Positions 28,774 through 39,431 of a stretch of 64,000 bases of DNA are shown piece by piece (the first letter of the stretch is position 1; every line of letters begins with the position of its first letter). This stretch comes from Alphaproteobacteria bacterium UBA2903 (GTDB lineage: Bacteria; Pseudomonadota; Alphaproteobacteria; CAAGCB01; CAG-977), in contig DEDN01000035.1 in NCBI GenBank assembly GCA_002349565.1, forward strand, positions 74,812 to 138,811. Direction: 5' to 3'. Below the pieces are notes generated by a model that saw nothing but the letters and a program-made list of their open reading frames with translations, ran no database searches and was not told the DNA's origin. The translations under genes and the position numbers were made by a program.

Positions 28774-30981
28774 ATGAAAAATTATTTAGATGAAAGTATC
28801 GTAGAAGCCTTGGTTACTTCGGGATATGGGGATCCGTTCTCCGTCTTGGGGATTCATCGTGAAGGCGCGGACGGCGATTTGGTTGTCCGCACGTTCCAGC
28901 CGCAGGCGCAAAACGTTTACGTTCTGGAATACGAAACGGGCAAAGTGATGGCGCAAATGGAACGCGTCCACAGCTCGGGGCTGTTCCAATACGAATTCCC
29001 CGCCGACTGGGATTACTTCAAATACCGTCTGCGCATCGATTTGTGGCAGGGCGAATCCTATGACACCGAAGACGCTTACCGCTTTCCGCCCGTGCTGGGG
29101 GATATGGACATTTATTATATGTCCGAAGGTTCCCATTTGGACGAATACGACCGCTTGGGCGCGCATCCGATAAAGCTGGACGGCGTTGACGGCGTTGCGT
29201 TTGCCGTGTGGGCGCCGAACGCCCGCCGCGTGTCCGTCGTCGGCACGTTCAACGAATGGGACGGCCGCCGCCACATGATGCGTCCGCGCGGTTCGTCGGG
29301 TATTTGGGAAATCTTTGTTCCCCATATCGGCGAAGGCGCTTTGTACAAATACGAACTTATCGGACCCGAAGGCAATATCCTGCCGCTGAAAGCCGACCCT
29401 GTCGCTTTTTATGCGGAAAAACGCCCGTCGACCGCGTCGGTTGTTTACAACCTTGACCGCTATGAATGGAAAACCAAAGGTTGGGGCAAAAAACGCGAAG
29501 CCGCCAATGCGATGGATGCGCCGATTTCGATTTACGAAGTCCACTTGGGGTCTTGGCGCAGAAACAGCGACGAAGGCATGCGCTATCTGACGTACCGCGA
29601 AATGGCGGACGAACTGGTTCCTTATGTCAAGGATATGGGCTATACGCACGTTGAACTGCTGCCCGTCAACGAACATCCGTTCGACGGATCGTGGGGGTAT
29701 CAGGCGACGGGGCTGTACGCGCCGACCAGCCGTTTCGGCACGCCCGACGAATTCCGCGAACTGATTGACGCGTTCCACAAAGCGGGGATTGCCGTCATCA
29801 TGGACTGGGTTCCCGGACATTTCCCCAAGGATTCGTTCGGTTTGGCGAACTTTGACGGCACGGCTTTGTACGAACACGCCGATCCGCGCCGCGGCGAACA
29901 CAAGGATTGGGGAACCAAAATTTACAACTACGGCCGCCGCGAAGTGAACAACTTCCTGACATCGAACGCGATGTTCTGGAACAAGAAATATCAAGTCGAC
30001 GGTTTGCGCGTCGATGCGGTGGCGTCCATGCTGTATTTGGACTACAGCCGCAAAGCGGGCGAATGGATTCCCAACAAATTCGGCGGACACGAAGATTTGG
30101 AAGCCGTCGAGTTCTTGAAGCGCACCAACGAATTGATGTACGAAAATTGTCCGGGGACGGCGACGTTCGCGGAAGAATCGACCGCATGGCCGATGGTGTC
30201 CCGTCCGACGTACATGGGCGGCTTGGGCTTCGGCTACAAATGGAATATGGGCTGGATGCACGACACGCTGGACTATATGGCTTTGGATCCGATTTACCGC
30301 CGCTACAACCACAACAAAATGACGTTCGGCATGCTGTATGCTTATAACGAAAACTTCGTGCTGCCCCTCAGCCACGACGAAGTCGTTCACGGCAAAGGTT
30401 CTTTGTTGGCGAAAATGTCGGGCGACCGTTGGCAGAAATTTGCGAACTTGCGCGCGTACTACGGCTTTATGTACGGCTTCCCCGGCAAAAAGCTGCTGTT
30501 CATGGGCAGCGAATTCGCTCAAGACCGCGAATGGGACTACAACGGTTCTTTGAGCTGGCATTTGCTGAACGACCCGATGCACCGCGGCGTGCAGAGCGTT
30601 GTGCGCGATTTGAACAAAATCTATCGCGAAATGCCCGCTTTGTTTGAACAGGACTACGATCCGCAGGGCTTTGAATGGATTGATCCGAACAACGCCGACG
30701 AAAGCGTGTTCAGCTTTATCCGCTACGGCAAAGACAGAAAGGATATGGCGGTTGTCGTGTCCAACTTTACGCCCGTGCCGCGCGAAAACTTCAAGCTTGG
30801 CGTCCCCAAAGGCGGCAAGTATATCGAAGTTTTTAACTCCGACGCCGAAATTTACGGGGGCAGCGGAATGGGCAATATGGGCGCGGTCGAAGCGACGGAC
30901 GAAGGATGGAACAACCGCGAACATTCGGTTTCCGTCACGCTGCCGCCTTTGTCGACGCTGATTTTCGTCCCCCAAGGTTAA
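28774..30981 (+). CDS. glgB: 1,4-alpha-glucan branching enzyme
   Basis: The protein is about 735 aa with a GH13 branching-enzyme architecture (CBM48 and catalytic domains; motifs DWVPGHF, GLRVDAVASMLY). Confidence 0.9.
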   Translation: MKNYLDESIVEALVTSGYGDPFSVLGIHREGADGDLVVRTFQPQAQNVYVLEYETGKVMAQMERVHSSGLFQYEFPADWDYFKYRLRIDLWQGESYDTEDAYRFPPVLGDMDIYYMSEGSHLDEYDRLGAHPIKLDGVDGVAFAVWAPNARRVSVVGTFNEWDGRRHMMRPRGSSGIWEIFVPHIGEGALYKYELIGPEGNILPLKADPVAFYAEKRPSTASVVYNLDRYEWKTKGWGKKREAANAMDAPISIYEVHLGSWRRNSDEGMRYLTYREMADELVPYVKDMGYTHVELLPVNEHPFDGSWGYQATGLYAPTSRFGTPDEFRELIDAFHKAGIAVIMDWVPGHFPKDSFGLANFDGTALYEHADPRRGEHKDWGTKIYNYGRREVNNFLTSNAMFWNKKYQVDGLRVDAVASMLYLDYSRKAGEWIPNKFGGHEDLEAVEFLKRTNELMYENCPGTATFAEESTAWPMVSRPTYMGGLGFGYKWNMGWMHDTLDYMALDPIYRRYNHNKMTFGMLYAYNENFVLPLSHDEVVHGKGSLLAKMSGDRWQKFANLRAYYGFMYGFPGKKLLFMGSEFAQDREWDYNGSLSWHLLNDPMHRGVQSVVRDLNKIYREMPALFEQDYDPQGFEWIDPNNADESVFSFIRYGKDRKDMAVVVSNFTPVPRENFKLGVPKGGKYIEVFNSDAEIYGGSGMGNMGAVEATDEGWNNREHSVSVTLPPLSTLIFVPQG

Positions 30982-30997
30982 AGGAGACTGACGTTCC

Positions 30998-33337
30998 ATG
31001 CCGCAAGGGATTCGCGTTTTTCCCGGTCGCCCCTATCCGTTGGGGGCGACTTGGGACGGTCACGGGGTCAACTTCGCGCTGTTTTCCGCCAATGCGGAAA
31101 AAGTGCTTTTGTGCTTGTTCGATGAAACGGGAACCAAGGAGATTCAGCGAATCGCCATGCCCGAACGCACCGACGAAGTGTGGCACGTTTATTTGCCGAA
31201 CATTCAGCCGGGGCAGCTGTACGGCTATCGCGTTTTCGGACCGTACGATCCCGAACGCGGTCATCGATTCAATCACAACAAACTGCTGATTGATCCGTAT
31301 GCCAAATCTTTGACGGCAAACCCCGTGTTTCACGAAACGATGCAAGGCTATCGCGCGGGCAGTCCGAAAGCCGATATGTCTTTCGATCGCCGCGACAGTG
31401 CGCCTTTCGCGCCGAAATGCCGCGTCGTTGACGATGCGTTTGCGTGGAACGGCGACAAAAAGCCCGAAACCGCGTGGACGGAAACAATCATTTACGAAAC
31501 GCACCTGAAAGGTTTTACGTTCAAAAATCCCGAAATCGACGAACATATCCGCGGGACTTTTTCGGCGATGGCGGCGCCCGAAGCAGTCGCTTATTTGAAA
31601 AGCTTGGGCATTACGTCGGTCGAATTTTTGCCGATTCAGTCGTTCTTTACGCCGAAACACCTGTTGGATCACAAGCTGGTCAATTATTGGGGCTACGACC
31701 CGATTGCGTACTTCGCGCCGCACCCGTCCTATATGGCGGGAACGGATTTGGCGGAAGTCAAATCCATGGTGCGCGCTTTCCACGAAGCGGGAATCGAGGT
31801 CGTCATGGACGTTGTCTACAACCATACGGGCGAGGGCAACCAGATGGGTGTGACGCTTTGTTTCCGCGGGATTGACAATGCGGTTTACTACCGCTTGAAC
31901 CCGACAAACAAACGGTATTACGAAGACACGACGGGCTGTGGCGCGTCGTTTAACGTCGAACATCCGCGCGTGCTGCAGCTGGTCATGGATTCCTTGCGCT
32001 ATTGGGTGGAAAACGTCCATGTCGACGGCTTTCGTTTCGATTTGGCGCCGACTTTGGCGCGCACGGCAAACGGCTTTAACCAAAACGCGGGCTTTTTATC
32101 CGCCGTTCAGCAAGACCCCGTTTTACAGCGCGTCAAGATGATTGCCGAACCCTGGGATGTCGGTATGGGCGGCTATCAGGTCGGGGCTTTCCCGCCGGGG
32201 TGGTCGGAATGGAACGACCGTTTCCGCGATACGACGCGCTTGTTTTGGAAAGGCGACAAGGGGCAAATCGGAAACCTCGCGTCCCGATTGACGGGGTCGA
32301 GCGAAACGTTCGGCTACCGCGGGCGGCATCCGTGGACCAGCGTCAACTTTATCACGGCGCACGACGGATTCACTTTGCAGGACGTTGTCAGCTATAACGA
32401 CAAGCACAATCAAGCCAACGGCGAAGACAACCGCGACGGGGCGAACGACAACAAGTCGTGGAACTCCGGCGTCGAAGGCGAAACAAGCGATCCCGCCGTG
32501 CTGGATTTAAGACTGCGCCGCAAACGCGCGATGATGGCGACGCTGATGCTGTCGCTGGGCGTGCCGATGATGACGGCGGGCGATGAATTTTGCCGCACGC
32601 AAAGGGGCAACAACAACGCTTATTGTCAGGACAGCCCGATAAGCTGGCTGAACTGGGAAAGCATATCCCAAGACGACGCGGCGTTTACGGACTTTGTGCG
32701 GTATCTGATTCAAATCCGCTTGGCGCACCGCGTTTTCCGTCGCAAGCGTTACTATACGGGCAAAAAAATCGGCGATTCCAAAGTCAAAGACATTACTTGG
32801 ATGACGCCCGAGGGCTTGGAAATGAGCGACGCCGACTGGGGCAAACCGTATGCGCAAAGCTTGTCCGCGCTGATTTGCGGGTCGCTGAGCGTCGCTTTTT
32901 GCAACGACGAGGGGCGGTTCACGTCGGACAATCATTTCTTTTTGGTCATGAACGCCAGCGGCGAAAGCATCGAATGGCTGTTGCCCGAAGTGCAAAAGGA
33001 AACGCAATGGTCGCTGGTTTTGGACACGACGCGCCCGCATCCGAAAGTCGAAAACGAACCGCACAAATCAGGCGAGCTTTATAACGTTCCCGCGTGGTCG
33101 GTGCTGTTGTTCGAAGCGCCCATTCCCGATGAAGATAAGGCTGAATTGCTGGCGCGCGAAGGGACGACGGGCATTTTGGGCGGCGTGTATCAAGCCGTTC
33201 AGAAAAGCCGTCTGGTCGCGACGACGGATGATTTGGACAGACTGGACTTTATGACTTACGGTCCGATGGGACCGGTTGCGACATCTGCCGATTTGACCGA
33301 ACCGGAAGAATACGACGGTTTTACAAAGCTGATTTAG
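30998..33337 (+). CDS. glgX: Glycogen debranching enzyme GlgX/TreX-type with C-terminal extension
   Basis: The N-terminus is PLGATWDGHGVNFALFS and a GH13 catalytic core follows (GFRFDLA, EPWD). There is an extra C-terminal region of about 100 aa. Confidence 0.85.
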   Translation: MPQGIRVFPGRPYPLGATWDGHGVNFALFSANAEKVLLCLFDETGTKEIQRIAMPERTDEVWHVYLPNIQPGQLYGYRVFGPYDPERGHRFNHNKLLIDPYAKSLTANPVFHETMQGYRAGSPKADMSFDRRDSAPFAPKCRVVDDAFAWNGDKKPETAWTETIIYETHLKGFTFKNPEIDEHIRGTFSAMAAPEAVAYLKSLGITSVEFLPIQSFFTPKHLLDHKLVNYWGYDPIAYFAPHPSYMAGTDLAEVKSMVRAFHEAGIEVVMDVVYNHTGEGNQMGVTLCFRGIDNAVYYRLNPTNKRYYEDTTGCGASFNVEHPRVLQLVMDSLRYWVENVHVDGFRFDLAPTLARTANGFNQNAGFLSAVQQDPVLQRVKMIAEPWDVGMGGYQVGAFPPGWSEWNDRFRDTTRLFWKGDKGQIGNLASRLTGSSETFGYRGRHPWTSVNFITAHDGFTLQDVVSYNDKHNQANGEDNRDGANDNKSWNSGVEGETSDPAVLDLRLRRKRAMMATLMLSLGVPMMTAGDEFCRTQRGNNNAYCQDSPISWLNWESISQDDAAFTDFVRYLIQIRLAHRVFRRKRYYTGKKIGDSKVKDITWMTPEGLEMSDADWGKPYAQSLSALICGSLSVAFCNDEGRFTSDNHFFLVMNASGESIEWLLPEVQKETQWSLVLDTTRPHPKVENEPHKSGELYNVPAWSVLLFEAPIPDEDKAELLAREGTTGILGGVYQAVQKSRLVATTDDLDRLDFMTYGPMGPVATSADLTEPEEYDGFTKLI

Positions 33338-33353
33338 CGAAAGGATATTTAAC

Positions 33354-35504
33354 GTGACAAACCATATCGAAACGGTCAATCTGTTAGCTGAAAAGGCGGG
33401 GATTTTGCCCGAGTTTTCGGCGGAAGGCAGAATTTACAAAACATCCTTTGAAACGCAAATCGCGGTGCTGAAAGGGTTGGGCATTGACGCGTCCGTTCCC
33501 GAAAAGGCTGAACAAGCTTTGCAAGCCGAGCTGGAAAAACCGTTCAAGCGCGCTTTGCCGCCCGTTGTCGTCGCCCGTATTGAAAAAGGCGTTGCCGAAA
33601 TCCCCGTAACCGTTCACGCCAAAGGCAAACATTCCCGGATTGACTATGTGCTGACGCTGGAATCGGGCGAACAGACGTTCGGGCATGCCGTTCCCGCGAT
33701 GTTGGAAAAAATCGACGCCAACGGCGAATACGAACGTGTAAAGCTGGTTTTGGATTTGCCCGATGTCATGGGGTATCATTCCTTGACGGTCGAAAGTCCC
33801 GATTTGCCCGAAACGGGACGGATGATGACTTTGATTGTCGCGCCGACAAAGTGCTATCAGCCCGATATGATGCGCGAAGGCGGAAAGCCGTGGGGGTATC
33901 CTTTGCAGCTGTACGCTTTGAGGTCGGCTGAAAACTGGGGTATCGGCGATTTTACGGACTTGGGAAAAATGGCGGGCGTGGCGCAGCGGTTCGGCGCGGA
34001 TATTCTGGGCATCAACCCGATTAACGTCGCGTTTATGGCGAACGTCGAAACGGCAAGCCCGTATTATTCTTCGTCGCGGTTGTTCTTAAATCCGCTTTAC
34101 ATTGATGTCATGGCGGTCAACGGCGCGCAAAAATCCAAAAAACTTCAGGCTTTGCTGGCGGACAAGGATTTTCAGGCGAAATTGCAAAAAGCCCGCGCGT
34201 CCCGCATTGTCGAGTATGCTTTGGTCGGCGAACTGAAAGGCAAAGCGTTCGAGGCTTTGTACGCCGACTTTAACGGTTCCGATGCTTTCGACGCTTTTTG
34301 CGAAAAGGGCGGCGAGGCATTGGACAATGCCGCTTTGTATCAGGTGCTGGCGGAAAACTTCGTGCTGAAGAAAAAGGGTGTCGGCTTTAAATCGTGGGGC
34401 AAGGCGTATGTTTCGCCCGATACGGCTCAATCCAAAAAATTCGCCAAAGAACACGCCGACAGAATCCGCTATTTCAAGTACTTGTTCTGGCTGGCGGACG
34501 TGCAGTTCAAAGCGGCGTCCGAAGCGTGCGGTCGGGCGAATCTGGGCGTCGGGCTGTATCAGGATTTGGCGGTCGGCGTCGCGGCGGAAAGTGCCGAAAC
34601 ATGGGGCGCGCAAGAGCTGTTCGCCGTGGATTTAAGCATCGGTTCGCCCCCCGATATGTTCAATGCGGACGGTCAGCGTTGGGGCGTCGCGCCCATGCGT
34701 CCCGCCCGTATGCGTGAAGAAGCGTATGCTTCTTACCGTCGTATTTTAAGCGCGAATATGAAGCGCGCGGGCGCGGTGCGTATCGACCACGTCATGGGTT
34801 TGGCGCGTCTGTTCTGTATTCCCGACGGCGTGGCCGGCGCATACGTGCAGTATCCGTTCGCCGATATGGTCGGTATTGTCGCTTTAGAAAGTCATCGCAA
34901 CAAATGCCTTGTCGTCGGCGAAGACTTGGGCGTTGTCCCCGGCTTTTTCCGTGAAGCGTTGGCGGAAGCGGGGATTTTGTCGTTCCGCGTGTGCCGCTAT
35001 GAACGCACGCCCGACGGTCGCTACATTCCGCCCGCAAGCTATCCCGAATCGGCTTTGGTCGCGGCGGGAACGCACGATATGCCGACTTTGCCGGGCTGGT
35101 GGACGGGCGGCGATATTGATGCCGCGTGCAAAATCGGAATGATGGACGGACAAAAGGAACAAATCGCCCGCGCCGATCGTCGTGCCGACCGTTTCGCTTT
35201 GGTCGAAGCGATGTCCCGCGTCGGATTGTGGTTTGTGGAATCGGAAAACTTTGAATCCCAAATCAACGGCGCTTTGCCGCCCAAGATGATTGAAAAGATT
35301 TACACTTATCTGGCGCAGGCTCCGTGTCAGGTGTTTTTGGTGCAGCTGGAGGATGTCTTGCGTCAAGCCGAGCAGATGAATATGCCGGGGACGTGCGACG
35401 AATATCCGAACTGGCGTTTCAAGCTGCCGAAAACAATCGAAGAACTGGATTCCGACGGCGATATGGAAAAAATCGCCAACATTTTGAAAGCGGCGCGATC
35501 GTAA
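33354..35504 (+). CDS. malQ: 4-alpha-glucanotransferase (amylomaltase, GH77) with N-terminal extension
   Basis: The GH77 motifs YYSSSRLFLNPLYID, RIDHVMGL and GEDLGVVP are present. The protein is 716 aa. Confidence 0.85.
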   Translation: MTNHIETVNLLAEKAGILPEFSAEGRIYKTSFETQIAVLKGLGIDASVPEKAEQALQAELEKPFKRALPPVVVARIEKGVAEIPVTVHAKGKHSRIDYVLTLESGEQTFGHAVPAMLEKIDANGEYERVKLVLDLPDVMGYHSLTVESPDLPETGRMMTLIVAPTKCYQPDMMREGGKPWGYPLQLYALRSAENWGIGDFTDLGKMAGVAQRFGADILGINPINVAFMANVETASPYYSSSRLFLNPLYIDVMAVNGAQKSKKLQALLADKDFQAKLQKARASRIVEYALVGELKGKAFEALYADFNGSDAFDAFCEKGGEALDNAALYQVLAENFVLKKKGVGFKSWGKAYVSPDTAQSKKFAKEHADRIRYFKYLFWLADVQFKAASEACGRANLGVGLYQDLAVGVAAESAETWGAQELFAVDLSIGSPPDMFNADGQRWGVAPMRPARMREEAYASYRRILSANMKRAGAVRIDHVMGLARLFCIPDGVAGAYVQYPFADMVGIVALESHRNKCLVVGEDLGVVPGFFREALAEAGILSFRVCRYERTPDGRYIPPASYPESALVAAGTHDMPTLPGWWTGGDIDAACKIGMMDGQKEQIARADRRADRFALVEAMSRVGLWFVESENFESQINGALPPKMIEKIYTYLAQAPCQVFLVQLEDVLRQAEQMNMPGTCDEYPNWRFKLPKTIEELDSDGDMEKIANILKAARS

Positions 35505-35505
35505 G

Positions 35506-36654
35506 ATGTTTTTGATACTTTCCTTTATTTTGGCGCTGTCGTGTTCGATGATTACAATTCGGGTGCTGGTGTGCTACAACCCCGAAATCATGGCAAGCGT
35601 CAAATGGGGAATCGGCGCGGTCGTTGTTGCGGCGTGGTATGCGCCCGTGATTATCGGATTGGCGCGCAAAGCGGGCGTGACAGGCGTGCCTTATGTGCTG
35701 TTGTCGCAGGTTTTGTACTTTATGTTCGGAACGGCGTTTATCCTGTTTTGCTTGATTATGCTGCGGGATATTTTCTGGATTTGGGGATACAAAGCGGCAG
35801 GCTGGCTGGGCAAAACGTCCGCGGCGTGCGACCCGATGAACGCGGCTTTGCTGAAAAAGGCGAACATTGCGACGTGCCTGCTGGCGGCGGCGGTTTCGCT
35901 TTATTCGCTGTACCAAGGCGTGAAATTTCCCGCCGTCAAAGCCGTTCAAATCGCATCCGAAAAAATCGACTATCCGTTCAAAATCGTCCTTGTCAGCGAT
36001 TTGCACATCAATCCCGCCATGCCCGTCAAACGGGTTAAGAAAATCGTCGAAACGGTCAATGCTTTAAAGCCCGACGTTATCGTCCTGCCGGGGGATATTG
36101 TGGATGCGAAGCCCGATGAAATCGCCGAGCAAACGGCTGAACTGGCAAAGCTGAACGCCAAATACGGCGCGTTTGTGACGTTGGGTAATCACGAATTTTA
36201 CGTCGGGGCAAGCGCGTGGGAAAACAGATTCCGCGACTTGCGTCTGTTTTATTTGCGAAACGAAGGCTTGATGCTGAACGGCGCAAATGTATATGTCGCG
36301 GGAATACCCGATCCGCACGCTTTGCGGATAACGCCCGCTTTGATGGAAAAAATCGGGGAGCTTTTGGCAAAAAAATCCCCCCAAGCGTTTACTTTACTGA
36401 TGTCCCATTCGCCCGCGATTGCCAACAAACTGTCCAAAGAACAGGTTGATTTGCAGGTGTCGGGACATACTCACGGCGGGCAGATTTTCCCGTTCCATTT
36501 CTTGGTCAAAAAAGCAAACGGCTTTTTGTCTGGGCTGTACGATGTCAACGGGTTTAAACTGTATATTTCAAACGGAGCAGGGGGCTGGGGACCGCCCATG
36601 CGGTTGTTCGCTCCGTCCGAAATCTCGGAAATCACGCTGGTTCCCTCAAAGTGA
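35506..36654 (+). CDS. Membrane-anchored calcineurin-like metallophosphoesterase (YkuE-like)
   Basis: Several N-terminal TM segments are followed by the metallophosphatase motifs DLHIN, GDIVD, GNHE and GHTHGGQ. Confidence 0.8.
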   Translation: MFLILSFILALSCSMITIRVLVCYNPEIMASVKWGIGAVVVAAWYAPVIIGLARKAGVTGVPYVLLSQVLYFMFGTAFILFCLIMLRDIFWIWGYKAAGWLGKTSAACDPMNAALLKKANIATCLLAAAVSLYSLYQGVKFPAVKAVQIASEKIDYPFKIVLVSDLHINPAMPVKRVKKIVETVNALKPDVIVLPGDIVDAKPDEIAEQTAELAKLNAKYGAFVTLGNHEFYVGASAWENRFRDLRLFYLRNEGLMLNGANVYVAGIPDPHALRITPALMEKIGELLAKKSPQAFTLLMSHSPAIANKLSKEQVDLQVSGHTHGGQIFPFHFLVKKANGFLSGLYDVNGFKLYISNGAGGWGPPMRLFAPSEISEITLVPSK

Positions 36655-36964
36655 AACGAATCGCGGTTGACAGCGATTTCGCCGCAGATGCGGTCAGTAC
36701 CGTTTTGAGCGCGCAAAAATAAAAACTTCTTGCCAATTCAATCAATGGGATTGTATCCTTGATATCAAGCGCGGGGGCAACCGTCCGCGCGCCAAGTGCC
36801 TGAAAAAGAGGCGCGGAGCCGTCGAAAGCTCTCTATGAGGAGGCGAAAATCACGCCTTTAAACCGTGTTGCGTTCTGTAAAACGGATTCTTTCCCCGATT
36901 TCCTTTAATGGAGCGGGGAGTTCTTGAAAAGAAAATATTTCTTGTTTTTATTTGTTTTCTCCCG

Positions 36965-36986
36965 TGTTGGAAAGTATTTTCCAACA
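36965..36986. promoter_or_regulatory. Perfect 9-bp inverted repeat TGTTGGAAA-gtat-TTTCCAACA upstream of the integrase
   Basis: A palindrome is read in the AT-rich island boundary region about 130 bp upstream of the integrase start. It looks like an operator. Confidence 0.4.
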
Positions 36987-37113
36987 TATTGATTTTATTA
37001 GAATATCTTGTTTTCATTTCCTTTGAAGGCGTGTTCGGGAAAAGGCTGTTTCATTCAGTCGATTTCTTCACAAAGTTACCGTGGCGTTACCGCGGTATGA
37101 AAGGTAATGAGCT

Positions 37114-38292
37114 ATGAATTTGAACAAGACTTTTATCAATTCCCTGACGTTTGACGGCGTGGAAAAGACTTATTTTGACGACGTTTTAAAAGGTTTCGGA
37201 GTGCGGGTGGGCAAAACGTCCGCAAGCTATATCGTTATGTATCGAAACGTTTACGGCAAGCAAAAGAAAATCACGATTGCCAAGACGACGCAGATCGCTC
37301 CGGCGCAAGCCCGCGACGAAGCCAAGAAAATACTGGCTCTGGTCGTTCAGGGCAAAGATCCCGCTTCCGACAAAATCGAAAAGCGCAAAGAAATGACGGT
37401 CGCCGATCTTGCCGACAAGTTTCTGACCGACCGGAAGCCGCGCATCAAAGCTTCTTCTTTTGCCGTGTATTCGGCTTCCGTCAGAAGTTAGATTTTACCG
37501 GCTTTCGGGAACCGTTTTATCAAGGAGTTGCGCCGCGCCGACGTTCAGAAGTTTTACAACGATATGGTGGGCGGAGCTTATATGGACAGGCGGGGTTATC
37601 CGGCGGATCACAAGTTTGTCGCGGCGGCAAATCACGCGAGAAAGACACTTTGCTCGATGTATGAGTTCGCCATTCGCAACGATTGGGCGGATATGAATCC
37701 GGCAATCAGACTGGACACGCTTTCGACGGCGAAAAGAATGGTCTTCCTTGACGAAAAAGGGTTTGTGAAGTTCGGGAACATTCTTCAAATCAAGCACGAA
37801 CGGGAAGAAACGGTCAGGAGCATTTTTATTTTGTTGGCGTTGACGGGATGTCGCAGAAGCGAGATCACGACGTTGAAGTGGGAATATGTCGATTTTGACA
37901 ATCAGGCGTTTCGCTTTCCGGACACAAAGACGGGAGCGCAAAACCGCCCGTTCGGAAGCGCGGCGAAAAGGTATCTGTTGGCGTTGAAAGAGAAAAGCGG
38001 CGATCCGACGGAAGGATTTCTTTTCAAACCGGCCGTAACGGCGAAGATGCCGGCGTATTTTGCGACGCACGTCAAGCCGGAAATCGGGATAACGGGCTTT
38101 TGCCTGCACGCTTTAAGGCACAGCTTCGCGTCAATGGCGGCGGCGTTGGGATATTCGGACAACATCATCGCGGGATTGTTGGGGCATCACATCAACACGA
38201 TCACGAACCGATACACGCACCTGACGGAAAAGGTCGTCGTTGACGCCGCCAACGTCGTCAGCGAAAAAATCGCGGAATTGATCGGAGTATGA
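37114..38292 (+). pseudogene. int: P4-type tyrosine integrase interrupted by an in-frame TAG at 37489-37491
   Basis: An N-terminal arm-type DNA-binding domain (37114-37488) and a C-terminal catalytic domain (R...HALRHSFAS...Y) lie in the same frame. A single amber codon separates them, between ...SVRS and ILPAFG.... Confidence 0.75.
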
Positions 38293-38304
38293 AAAAAGAA
38301 AAAT

Positions 38305-38326
38305 GGGGCAGAATAAATTCTGCCCC
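38305..38326. terminator. Bidirectional hairpin terminator (ggggcagaataaattctgcccc)
   Basis: A perfect hairpin lies between convergent genes. Confidence 0.65.
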
Positions 38327-38350
38327 TCTAAATGAAATAGTAAGATTAAC

Positions 38351-39409
38351 TCATAATGAAATTATACATTCACCCGTTGTGTTATGTTTTTGAATATTTT
38401 TTTTGACGGTTTCCCTGCTTACATTAGCATAGCAATATACGCATAAATGATTGCAGGTATTATACATTCCAATATCTTTGCTGATTATACATCCGCAAGC
38501 GGAACGCTGTCCTTTATCTTTTAAATCTTTATATTCTTTCGGTCTCGAAAATCCCGAAGAAAACAGTGTCGGCTGGGTATCGGGAAGTTTTCCTGTATGC
38601 AGATAATAGATCAATTCTTTGTCTTCCGGGAAAAGCCGTTCCAACAACATACCGTCTATACAACGATTTTTTTCAATTCCGTATTTCATTAAATCAATGT
38701 TTTCAGCACAGGTAGCAAGAGATATTTTCCAACCTTTCTCTTCCCAGGCATCTCTTATTTTTACAAGTCCTTCAACGATTTCTTTGCGTTGAGCTTCCGT
38801 CAATTCGGCCGAACAAACATTTTCCCTTGTAAACATCCCTGTTTCATTGATCATGTTGTTTTGAACTTTACGATAAGCGGCAACATCGGCGAAGCTGAAA
38901 ACAAGTTTATCCGTATATCCTTTTAAGCGATTGCCGATATGCCAGATTTTTTTTAACAAATCGCGGGGCGTCAGTCGAGGCGTAACGATCAAAGGATCAA
39001 AACGCCAGATAACCCGTTCTTTCCCGATCATTTCGGATAATGTCTTAAACGTCTCGATTCTGTCTTCAACGGGTGGAACGTGAGGTTCAAAACCTTCTGA
39101 AACGTAATCATTCAGAGTAACCTGAAAATAGTAGTGGATTCCTCTTTTATCCAATTCCTGCAAATAGGGAATAACCGGCTTAGGATTCTTTGTCCAGAAA
39201 ACGACGGCTTTGCATTTTTTAAACGAAACGTAAGAGGGCTGACGATTGAAAGGATTATACCAAACACAATATCCCTTTTCCAAACGATTGAAAAACCAGG
39301 GCGCATAAAAAGCTGGTATATCTGTGGAACGGCTTGCCGATATGATTACCGGGCACACCGCTTCTTTTTTTTCGCCGGAATCCGTGATAATAAAATCTTT
39401 TTCAATCAT
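38351..39409 (-). CDS. DUF1848-like protein with C-terminal CxxxCxxC (radical-SAM-like) cysteine cluster
   Basis: The AT-rich ORF has the C-terminus SACGCIISKDIGMYNTCNHLCVYCYAN, which contains CNHLCVYC (CxxxCxxC). The start is taken at MIEKDFIITD (ATG 39409), not the track ORF start at 39535. This is the last gene of the five-gene operon. Confidence 0.55.
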   Translation of the reverse strand: MIEKDFIITDSGEKKEAVCPVIISASRSTDIPAFYAPWFFNRLEKGYCVWYNPFNRQPSYVSFKKCKAVVFWTKNPKPVIPYLQELDKRGIHYYFQVTLNDYVSEGFEPHVPPVEDRIETFKTLSEMIGKERVIWRFDPLIVTPRLTPRDLLKKIWHIGNRLKGYTDKLVFSFADVAAYRKVQNNMINETGMFTRENVCSAELTEAQRKEIVEGLVKIRDAWEEKGWKISLATCAENIDLMKYGIEKNRCIDGMLLERLFPEDKELIYYLHTGKLPDTQPTLFSSGFSRPKEYKDLKDKGQRSACGCIISKDIGMYNTCNHLCVYCYANVSRETVKKNIQKHNTTGECIISL

Positions 39410-39431
39410 GATATTTCGATGACAACTCCTC

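Noticed and set aside
28786-30999. 737-aa minus-strand ORF
   Set aside because: It is the antisense shadow of glgB. It is Arg/His/Val-rich, which is typical of spurious high-GC ORFs.
36585-36600. ggctgggga 9-mer matching the tRNA-Gln 3' end, considered as an attL copy
   Set aside because: It lies inside the phosphoesterase CDS and only 9 nt match, so chance identity is likely.
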